Assembly (NCBI GenBank): GCA_964443535.1
Contig: CAYUCQ010000001.1
Span: 1 to 58,727 of the forward strand
DNA length: 58,727 nucleotides
Direction of reading: 5' to 3'
DNA from: Candidatus Woesearchaeota archaeon
GTDB taxonomy: Archaea; Nanobdellota; Nanobdellia; Pacearchaeales; GW2011-AR1
Of this stretch, positions 46,123 to 53,744 are shown piece by piece. A program made the position numbers and the translations under genes. Position 1 is the first letter of the stretch, and each line of letters starts with the position of its first letter. The notes beneath the pieces were generated by a model. That model saw only the letters and a program-made list of their open reading frames with translations, did not search any database and had not been told where the DNA came from.

Positions 46123-46527
46123 CTATTTCTTAACGAATTCTACATTATCAAGATTTCTAAAGCCTTCATCCCCAGTCAAGAATTTAACTCCATGATTTTT
46201 TGCAGCAATATATCCTATAACATCGGGAATAGACAAATCCTTATGCTTTATCTTTAAATCCATCGCTTCCTCCAAATCATTTAAAGAAATATCAACTAAA
46301 AAATCAAAGTAATCTTCAGTATATTTATCTGCCTTTTCCTTGCTCATCTCTTTCTTTAAATTATAATTAAGTTCAGCAAGATTAAAAATTGCAGTAATAA
46401 TAGAAGATTTTGTATAAAAATTATATTTAGGATTTCCTCTTATAACCTCTATCATCGCATAAGTATCAAAGAAATATGTTTCTCTTTCTTCAACTGGTTT
46501 GTTTTCAGCCGCTATTGTTTCATTCAT
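46123..46527 (-). CDS. PIN-domain toxin
   Basis: YFFDTYAMIEVIRGN, E in FNLAELNYNL, IPDVIGYIAA and FLTGDEGF. Confidence 0.7.
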   Translation of the reverse strand: MNETIAAENKPVEERETYFFDTYAMIEVIRGNPKYNFYTKSSIITAIFNLAELNYNLKKEMSKEKADKYTEDYFDFLVDISLNDLEEAMDLKIKHKDLSIPDVIGYIAAKNHGVKFLTGDEGFRNLDNVEFVKK

Positions 46528-46741
46528 CCCAGCTCTCTTTGTCTCCTTCTTTTAAAATCTCTTCTGTAGACCTCTTAAATTTAAAACTGCCAAAGTGCTC
46601 CTTTAAAGGATTTTTTTTCTTTGCAATCAAAATCCTTATTTTGTCATTCTCAGAAAAATCCTCTTTCTTAATCTTATCCATAGGTATGACTACGCCAAAT
46701 GACCTTCCCCATCTCTTAAGCCTTGCTTCTACTTCTATCAT
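46520..46741 (-). CDS. AbrB/SpoVT/MazE-type antitoxin
   Basis: LKRWGRSFGVVIPMDKIKKEDF is a swapped-hairpin pattern. 8-nt overlap with the PIN gene. Confidence 0.6.
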   Translation of the reverse strand: MIEVEARLKRWGRSFGVVIPMDKIKKEDFSENDKIRILIAKKKNPLKEHFGSFKFKRSTEEILKEGDKESWDE

Positions 46742-46893
46742 GATTATATTGATATAATCATATATATAAATCTTCCTATAAAATATTAAAATTCAACAAC
46801 CTTCCATCCGCCAAAGCCTAAATTATAAACCTTGCTCTTGTGATATAGCTACATGAGATAAAAAATTTATAAAGTTTCTTAACAGATAAATGT

Positions 46894-47517
46894 ATGGATT
46901 ATAGTACATTTATAGAGATATTGAAAAGAACTATAAAAGATTTCAAAGAAATAAGTAATATAGGTTATATTGCCACTTTCGGTTCCTTGAAGATGGAAAG
47001 AGACATAGACCTTATTGTTGCTCCAGAGAAAAATATCAAAAAGGGAGCATTCTTAAAAACATTATCTAATTTTCTCGAAATGCTTTCAAAATATCTTGAT
47101 GAAAAAGGAGCCAGACTAATTGTTGCTATGCACTCGCTTGTTGAAGAAGAAGTCAAATATTTATCAAATAGAAAAGTTGGCAAAGATGTATTGTTGCATA
47201 TAAGTTCTTTTCCAGATTTTATAACATTAGAAAGTCTATCAAAAGGTATTCTAAAAAATGCTAATAAAATATATGGAAATAAGAAAACTGTTGAAGACAT
47301 TCCACAAACAGATAGAGAGATGTATTATAAATATCTCCTTTTTAGTAATTGCTTATATTCTCACTATCCTAAAAAATTAGAAATTGATAAAATTCGTGAA
47401 AAAATTGCTTATATTTACAAGCATAATAAAGGAAAGATAGATTTTCAGAACAAAACTAATAAACAAATATATTTTGAATGTTGTGATTTCCTTGATAAAA
47501 CAGCAAAAAACATCTAA
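46894..47517 (+). CDS. nucleotidyltransferase-fold protein with helical C-terminal domain
   Basis: IATFGSLKMERDIDLIV (GS...DxD). Confidence 0.45.
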   Translation: MDYSTFIEILKRTIKDFKEISNIGYIATFGSLKMERDIDLIVAPEKNIKKGAFLKTLSNFLEMLSKYLDEKGARLIVAMHSLVEEEVKYLSNRKVGKDVLLHISSFPDFITLESLSKGILKNANKIYGNKKTVEDIPQTDREMYYKYLLFSNCLYSHYPKKLEIDKIREKIAYIYKHNKGKIDFQNKTNKQIYFECCDFLDKTAKNI

Positions 47518-48921
47518 CTATTTTTTCTTCCTAACCTTTTCCACGCCTTTAACTTTCAAGGCAGGCATCTCAACTCTAATATGTGCTTCCTTCAATTGCT
47601 TATCATCAACTTCAGCAGGTGAGTTGTCCATGGGATTCTGCGCAGCTTTGTTCTTTGGAAAAGCAATAACTTCCCTTATATCGTTATATCCAAGCATCAA
47701 AGCTGCAAGTCTATCAACTCCTAATCCCATTCCTCCATGAACAGGCCCTCCATATTCATACGCTTCCAGCAAAAATCCAAATTTGCGCCTCGCTTCTTCC
47801 TTAGACATTCCAATAACTTTCATGACTCTTTCCTGCAATTCAGGATTGCTGATTCTTATGCTTCCGCTTCCTAATTCAGTTCCATTTAGCACAACGTCAA
47901 ACAAATCTCCTTTAACTTTCCCAGGCTCTTTCTCCAAATGCTGCAAATGCTCTTTCTTGGGCATTGTAAACATATGATGCTCTGGCTCCCATTTCTTCTC
48001 GTCTTTATTATAAGAAAACAATGGGAAATCATAAACCCAGCAAAATGCAAATTCTTTAGCATCATTTTTGTTCTTTCTCAAATCAGGCTTGTCGCTTCCA
48101 TATTTTCTCATTGCCTCTTCATGCGTTAATCTCTCAAATTTCTTTAATTCAACTCCCAAAACTTTCTTGAAAACATATTTATACATTTCCTCAACAAAAT
48201 GCATTATATCTTCTGATTCTGCAAAACTAATTTCAAAATCAATCTGTGTATGTTCTGGCTGCCTGTCTGCTCTCAAGTCTTCATCACGCAGGCAGCGCGC
48301 AATCTGAAAATACCTGTCAAAGCCGGAAATCATCAGAATCTGCTTGTATAATTGAGGTGATTGAGGCAAGGCGTAAAACTTTCCAGGATTAACTCGTGAA
48401 GGCACAATATAGTCGCGCGCGCCTTCAGGAGTTGGCTTTACAAGCAAAGGCGTCTCTATTTCAATAAAGCTCTTGCTGTTAAAAAACTCTCTGACAGCTT
48501 CAATAACTTTTGCTCTGAACATTAAATTCTTCTGCATAGAAGGCCTGCGCAAATCAAGGAATCTGTATTTCATTCTAACGTCCTCTCCAGCAATCTTCTC
48601 GTCATTGATTTCAATAGCAGGCGTCTTTGAAGCAGCAATAATCTCTATTTTTTCAGAAAATACCTCAACATCTCCTGTCTCTAAATCTTTATTTTCAGTG
48701 CCTTTTTTCCTAGCATTTACTTTTCCATGAACACAGACAACATATTCCAGCTTTAGCTCATGCTTCCCAACAATAATAATCTGCGTCTTTCCATATCTAT
48801 CGCGCAAGTCAATAAAGCTGATTTTCCCATGCTCTCTAATAGTATCTACCCATCCGCATAATCTAACGTTTTTTCCAATATCTCCTTTTCTCAATTCTCC
48901 GCAAGTGTGTGTCCTTAACAT
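47518..48921 (-). CDS. aspS: aspartyl-tRNA synthetase, bacterial-type core without the GAD insertion domain
   Basis: FYALPQSPQLYKQ, QIARCLRDEDLRADRQPEHTQID, and motif 3 GGMGLGVDRL. Only ~25 aa lie where bacterial AspRS carries the ~100-aa GAD domain. ATG at 48921. Confidence 0.88.
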   Translation of the reverse strand: MLRTHTCGELRKGDIGKNVRLCGWVDTIREHGKISFIDLRDRYGKTQIIIVGKHELKLEYVVCVHGKVNARKKGTENKDLETGDVEVFSEKIEIIAASKTPAIEINDEKIAGEDVRMKYRFLDLRRPSMQKNLMFRAKVIEAVREFFNSKSFIEIETPLLVKPTPEGARDYIVPSRVNPGKFYALPQSPQLYKQILMISGFDRYFQIARCLRDEDLRADRQPEHTQIDFEISFAESEDIMHFVEEMYKYVFKKVLGVELKKFERLTHEEAMRKYGSDKPDLRKNKNDAKEFAFCWVYDFPLFSYNKDEKKWEPEHHMFTMPKKEHLQHLEKEPGKVKGDLFDVVLNGTELGSGSIRISNPELQERVMKVIGMSKEEARRKFGFLLEAYEYGGPVHGGMGLGVDRLAALMLGYNDIREVIAFPKNKAAQNPMDNSPAEVDDKQLKEAHIRVEMPALKVKGVEKVRKKK

Positions 48922-49007
48922 ATTACAATCCAAAGAAAATCCTAATTTTTAAACCCTTTCTTTTGAGATTAATAAAACAAAAGTTTATATACTATAGCCT
49001 TCTATAG

Positions 49008-49238
49008 ATGGCTATGGTAACTACAATACAAATAAGCGAAAGCTTGCAAGAAACATTAACTAAGAAAAAATTATATGAAAAAGAAACCTACGAAGAAATA
49101 ATCTGGGATTTAATAGAAGATTCTATGGAGTTATCAGAAGAAGCTAAAAAAAATATAGAAAAATCAGAAAAAGAAATAAGAGAGGGCAAGTTGCATAAGT
49201 GGGAAGACATAAAAAAGGAATTAAAAATAGATGTATGA
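49008..49238 (+). CDS. antitoxin (paralogous N-terminus to 43962..44192)
   Basis: MAMVTTIQISESLQETL. Overlaps the downstream RelE-like gene by 8 nt. Confidence 0.55.
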   Translation: MAMVTTIQISESLQETLTKKKLYEKETYEEIIWDLIEDSMELSEEAKKNIEKSEKEIREGKLHKWEDIKKELKIDV

Positions 49239-49479
49239 AATTTTATTTTCCCATTCAGCAAAAGAAAAACTAAAAGAACTGCCTAATAATATAAAAAATG
49301 ATATAGGGAGAGCATTAGAAAGAATCAAAATAAGGCCCTTCTCTTTTATAAAAAGATTAAGAAATAGCCCCTATTATAGATTAAGAGTGGGAAATTACAG
49401 ATTAATTACTAATATAGATGCCATCAAATTAACAATTAATATTATAGAACTTGGACATAGAAAAGACATTTACAAATAA
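49231..49479 (+). CDS. relE: RelE/ParE-superfamily toxin
   Basis: 82 aa. YRLRVGNYRLITNID....INIIELGHRKDIY is typical of RelE/ParE. Confidence 0.7.
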   Translation: MYEILFSHSAKEKLKELPNNIKNDIGRALERIKIRPFSFIKRLRNSPYYRLRVGNYRLITNIDAIKLTINIIELGHRKDIYK

Positions 49480-49544
49480 GTGCATGATTTGTCAAACACT
49501 TTGACAACAAAAACATTTATCAAGCCAATAAAATCAGAAAATAT

Positions 49545-50777
49545 ATGACTAAAAACTCTCCAATAAAATTTGAGATAATTGCTCAAGATTCAAAAAGCAG
49601 GGCAAGAGCAGGAATAATAAAGACAAGGCGTGGAAACATAGAAACCCCTTATTTAATTCCAGTTGCAACACGCGGTGAAATAAAATCCCTGTCTAGTGAA
49701 GATGTAGAATTCTTGCAAGCCCAATGCTTGCTGGCAAATACATATCATCTGCATCTTAACCCCGGCGATGAAAAAATAAAACAGCAAGGCGGCTTGCACA
49801 ATATGATGAAATTCCAAAAGCCAATATTTACAGACTCAGGAGGATTTCAAGTATTTTCTCTAGGCTTAGGCAAAGAGCAAAGCATAAGAAAAATAGGATT
49901 TTTCCCTGGAGAGAAAACTCAAATAACTAAGGAAAAAAGCAATGTCAAAATAACTGAAAGCGGAGTTGTCTTCAAATCCATATATCCTCCGTATAAAGAG
50001 CATTTCATAGGCCCAAAAGAATCAATGAAGATTCAATCCAATCTAAACGCTGATATAATATTTGCATTTGACGAGTGCACATCTCCTGCATCTGATGAGG
50101 CATATATAAAAGAGTCAATGGAACGCTCTCATAGATGGGAGTTAGAATCATTAGAACATCACAACCCTTCTCAAGCACTTTATGGAATTATTCATGGCGG
50201 CTGGTTTAAAGATTTAAGATTGGAATCTGCGAAATTTATCAATTCACAGCCATTTGATGGCATAGCAATCGGAGGCTCACTAGGAAAATCAAAGGAAGAT
50301 ATGTACGAAATAATTGACTGGGTAATTCCTGAACTAGACTCTCGTCCAAGGCATATGCTAGGCATAGGATGGATAGACGACCTTTTTGAATGCGTTGAAA
50401 GAGGCATAGATACATTTGACTGCGTTGAAATGACTCGCATAGCAAGGCACGGAAGTCTTTACATTACCCCAAAAGCAGGAGGCTCAATAAAAAATAAATT
50501 CAGGATAGATATCGCAAAATCAAAATATAAGAGAGATAATAATCCAATAGATTCTTCATGCACTTGTTACACTTGTCAAAACTACACAAGATCAGATATA
50601 AGAGCACTTTATAAAAAAATGTGCCAGGAGAAAACAAGAGAATCTAGATTAGAATACGGCAGGCTGGCAACACTTCATAATATCTGTTTCACGTCTGATT
50701 TGGCAAGGCAAATCAGGCAAACCATTATAACAGGCAATGGCGAATTTCAAAAGCTCAAGCAAGAATGGCTAGGATAA
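49545..50777 (+). CDS. tgt: tRNA-guanine transglycosylase, bacterial (queuine Tgt)-like, no PUA domain
   Basis: RAGIIKTRRGNIETPYLIPVATRG, LLANTYHLHLNPG, IFTDSGGFQVFSL, FAFDECT, MLGIGW, and Zn site CTCYTC... Confidence 0.8.
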   Translation: MTKNSPIKFEIIAQDSKSRARAGIIKTRRGNIETPYLIPVATRGEIKSLSSEDVEFLQAQCLLANTYHLHLNPGDEKIKQQGGLHNMMKFQKPIFTDSGGFQVFSLGLGKEQSIRKIGFFPGEKTQITKEKSNVKITESGVVFKSIYPPYKEHFIGPKESMKIQSNLNADIIFAFDECTSPASDEAYIKESMERSHRWELESLEHHNPSQALYGIIHGGWFKDLRLESAKFINSQPFDGIAIGGSLGKSKEDMYEIIDWVIPELDSRPRHMLGIGWIDDLFECVERGIDTFDCVEMTRIARHGSLYITPKAGGSIKNKFRIDIAKSKYKRDNNPIDSSCTCYTCQNYTRSDIRALYKKMCQEKTRESRLEYGRLATLHNICFTSDLARQIRQTIITGNGEFQKLKQEWLG

Positions 50778-50810
50778 TGATTCTTAGATCAAGATATAGA
50801 TTCTTCCATT

Positions 50811-51203
50811 TTACCAGACTTCTAATTTAACATCTATATTTTCAAAATCTTTCTTATCTCTTGTTATAAGAATAAGTCCATTCGCTCTAGATATAGAAGC
50901 AATCATTAAATCAAATTCTTTAGTTTGTTTTCCAATTTTATTTAATCTAGAATACTCTTGGCCAAATGTTTGGCAAGAATCAATATTTAGATCCAAGACT
51001 TTAACAGAATCTAAAAAATCATTAATAATGATAAGTTCTTTCTCAGATCTAGAAGATAAAAAAGCTCCTTTGAATAATTCACATAAACTTATGCAGGTTA
51101 TAGATAAATCGCTATGTAGACTAATATTCCTTATCTTTTCTATGATAATTTTATTCCCTCTTAAAAAATCGACAACGATATTTGTATCTAAGCAATACGT
51201 CAA
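50811..51203 (-). CDS. vapC: PIN-domain toxin (VapC-like)
   Basis: YCLDTNIVVDFLRGN, LCELFKGA, FDLMIASISR and LITRDKKDF. Confidence 0.75.
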   Translation of the reverse strand: MTYCLDTNIVVDFLRGNKIIIEKIRNISLHSDLSITCISLCELFKGAFLSSRSEKELIIINDFLDSVKVLDLNIDSCQTFGQEYSRLNKIGKQTKEFDLMIASISRANGLILITRDKKDFENIDVKLEVW

Positions 51204-51427
51204 AATTTAACCTCTCTTAATTTAGCTTTTTTTCTATCCTCATAAATTTTCTTTTTAATTGCATCCCATTCATTTGCATTATCAGAAAACGCCCCCGCAA
51301 AGTCCATTATATTCTTTCTCTTCTTTCCCATACTAAGTTCTATCACAGTCTCAGAAAAAGACTTGCCTTTCTTTAGAACCTTTAATTTCTCATAGGCATC
51401 ATTTGATAAAGATATAACTTTAACCAT
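51200..51427 (-). CDS. VapB-like antitoxin
   Basis: From the ATG at 51427: MVKVISLSNDAYEKLKVLKKGKSFSETV. 4-nt overlap with the PIN gene. Confidence 0.6.
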   Translation of the reverse strand: MVKVISLSNDAYEKLKVLKKGKSFSETVIELSMGKKRKNIMDFAGAFSDNANEWDAIKKKIYEDRKKAKLREVKF

Positions 51428-51461
51428 ATATGCGCATATGCATACGCATATATAAAACTTT

Positions 51462-52513
51462 CTATTGAGTTGTATTCCATAAAATATCAATAATTTCTCT
51501 TTTTAATCGTTCTCTTAATTTATAACTCTCTGCCCAGACTGAATAAGCCTTCCATCCACGATAACTATAAAAAATATCTCCAAAGCCCATCTTGCCATCT
51601 CTATATAGTCCTATTTTTCTCTTCATATTCCTAATGTTTCTTTTTCTCAATAATTTCCATTTTTTATAATTTCTAAATCCTACAAAATCAATACCGCGGT
51701 AGATAGAAATAATTCTAGATTTATTAGGATGCAAACAGAGTTTTAATTTTTGGCTCAAGAAATTCTCAATTTCTATTTTCCAAGTTTTCAATTGCTTCAA
51801 AGAGTAATGCAAAATAACAAAATCATCAACATACCTAATATAATACTTAATCTTCAAAATATGTTTTACAAAATAATCTAACTCATTTAAATAGACATTA
51901 GCAAAAAATTGAGAAGTCAAATTGCCGAGAGGCATGCCTTTCAGAGTTACTCTCTCTCTCTCTGCCTTCCAAAGTTCGCATTATTCAAAATTCTTCTAAT
52001 CAATTGTATAATTTTTTCATCTTTTATTTTTTTACAAATAATCTCCATTAAAATATCATGATTAACTTCTTGAAAATAATGCTTAATATCTGCTTTTAAG
52101 CAAAATCCAGAATAAGTGAAATTACGAGTTACCTTTCTTCTAAATTCATCAAATCTTTGCAAAGCAAACAAATTGCCTTTATTTTTCTGATTTGCACAAG
52201 AATCGTAAATAAAGCTTTTTTCAAAGATTTTTCCTATGATATTAATTAGTGCGTGATGAACAATTCTGTCTCTAAAATCTGATTTTGAAATAACTCTTGT
52301 TTTAGGATCTCTTAAAACAAAGGTAGTTAATGGAAGAGGACTATAACTCATATTAATAAGTTCATTATGCAATTCAAGCAGATTCTTCTCAAGATTCTGC
52401 TCAAAGTCAATAATATCTTGTCTTTGAGTTTTACCTTCTCTTGCTTTCCTCCAAGCAATTACTAAATTACCCATAGAGCAAAAAATAGGATAAAGATTTT
52501 TGTAAGTTTCCAT
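51462..52513 (-). CDS. DGR-type reverse transcriptase, split into two ORFs (52513..51947 and 51935..51462) by a frameshift in an (AG)7 tract
   Basis: The N-terminal ORF carries RT motifs 1-3 (PKTRVISKSDFRDRIVHHAL; CLKADIKHYFQEVNH). The C-terminal ORF starts MPLGNLTSQFFANVYLNELD (DGR-RT-like GNLTSQ motif) and has YVDDFVIL plus a thumb. Removing one AG unit gives a continuous ~349-aa protein. Confidence 0.85.
51950..51963 (-). repeat. (AG)7 dinucleotide tract ((CT)7 on the plus strand) at the RT frameshift site
   Basis: Plus strand is CTCTCTCTCTCTCT. It lies inside the only ~34-nt window where both RT reading frames are open. Confidence 0.9.
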
Positions 52514-52537
52514 AATATTATCCTGACTATGTTATGA

Positions 52538-52622
52538 GCTATTCTGCCATTCTCATTCGAGTTAGCGAGGTTATCGTTGTTCGAGTTGAGATTAAGGTTG
52601 CTGTTCAAGTTCAACCTCGAAA
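52538..52622 (-). repeat. DGR template repeat (TR), 85 nt
   Basis: Aligns to VR 52960..53047. On the coding (minus) strand it is rich in AAC/AAT codons (LNLNSNLNLNSNNDNLANSNEN). Confidence 0.9.
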
Positions 52623-52820
52623 GGTATAGCCTATTGCTCTTCATATCACCATAACTTCAGTTTTCATATAATCAAAGAGATTAATATTCTATCAATTAAA
52701 TCTTCGCTATATTTACTATCTGTCATTATTGTATTTTATAACTATAAAGTCATAAGCAACAAGCGTGTAGCCCAATTATGTTCCAACATAATCAGGAATC
52801 TAACTAATAAGAATCTATTT

Positions 52821-53657
52821 TTATTCTTTTCCCTGCAATATTCTTAACGCTCTCTCTCTTCTCTCCAAGAGTTCGCTTTCTTGTCTTCCAAATTCTGCTT
52901 GAATTTCAGAGATATATCTGCCCAAAAAATTTTGCGAACTGGCTTCGCCACGAACTAACGCTACCCTGCCACTCCCACCCGAGCAAGCGAGGTAACCGCC
53001 GCCGTACGAGCCGAGATAAAGGCCGCAGTCCAAGCCCAACCCCGAAATTCCAGAATCTCTAGCATACCAAGTTCTACTTCCTTTTGTATCAAATAAAGGC
53101 AGACCTAATACATCTGTCTCTGTAAATTTTTTTCCATTCCATTTTCCATCAAGTCGTTCATCATAAACAACACTAAAATCATCTCTTGGAATAACTTTCC
53201 ATCCATATCCGGCTTTATCTTCAGATAAAGCAACATCTAATCCACTTATTAAAACAGGAAGCTTTAATTTTCCTTGTTTATTTTCAATATGAGGAATAAG
53301 TTCTTTAATAACTTCTTTATTTGGCGCATAACTATCTCTTTCACTTCTTAAAACAAGAGAAGGCGTATCAGAATAATGTTTATCTTTTACTATCTCCATA
53401 ATTTCAGGTCTGCTTAAATCAGCCAAGTTAGCAACTCTTATTCCTAAAGGTCTTAATATGCTGTCTACTCTTGCAGCAACAGGAAAATTGCTTCCCAACA
53501 TAGTCTTAGTTTTTTCATCATACCAAACATTTCCAAAACTCTTAACTTGTTCGTAAATACTTTTTGCGCCAGCCCCTTCTATAAAACTCTTAATAAATAT
53601 AGTTGGAACTCTCCAATTAAAATTTCCTTCTGCTTCAGTTTTAGTCTCTAAACTCAT
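52821..53657 (-). CDS. DGR target protein with C-terminal variable region (C-type-lectin-fold-like)
   Basis: 278 aa. The VR encodes SGLGLDCGLYLGSYGGGYLACSGGSGRVALVR, against TR-encoded SRLNLNSNLNLNSN-NDNLANSNENGRIAH. No signal peptide or TM seen. Confidence 0.8.
   Translation of the reverse strand: MSLETKTEAEGNFNWRVPTIFIKSFIEGAGAKSIYEQVKSFGNVWYDEKTKTMLGSNFPVAARVDSILRPLGIRVANLADLSRPEIMEIVKDKHYSDTPSLVLRSERDSYAPNKEVIKELIPHIENKQGKLKLPVLISGLDVALSEDKAGYGWKVIPRDDFSVVYDERLDGKWNGKKFTETDVLGLPLFDTKGSRTWYARDSGISGLGLDCGLYLGSYGGGYLACSGGSGRVALVRGEASSQNFLGRYISEIQAEFGRQESELLERRERALRILQGKE
52940..52950 (-). promoter_or_regulatory. small GC hairpin (TGGC-GAA-GCCA on the coding strand) 10 nt 3' of VR; candidate DGR homing-associated hairpin
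   Basis: Seen only next to VR, with no equivalent 3' of TR. The stem is only 4 bp, so this is weak. Confidence 0.3.
52960..53047 (-). repeat. DGR variable repeat (VR), 88 nt
   Basis: 23-24 mismatches to TR, all at TR adenines on the coding strand, plus one in-frame 3-nt insertion. Confidence 0.9.
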
Positions 53658-53744
53658 AATTTTACCTATAAATGGGAGTATTTAAAGATTTCTATATTGT
53701 AACTATATAATAGTAATATAGAAAATAATTCCTTTAGATAAATT

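Larger units (their letters stand above)
51462..53657 (-). mobile_element. diversity-generating retroelement cassette (target-VR, TR, RT)
   Basis: The order on the minus strand is target gene with VR, a ~200-nt spacer, TR, a 25-nt gap, then RT. Confidence 0.85.

Noticed and set aside
52462-52644. 60-aa ORF (MKSNRLYLSRLNLNSNLNLNSNNDNLANSNENG...) upstream of the RT
   Set aside because: It is the DGR template repeat read as protein. The Asn-rich string is the AAC/AAT-rich TR and it overlaps the RT start, so it is not an independent gene.
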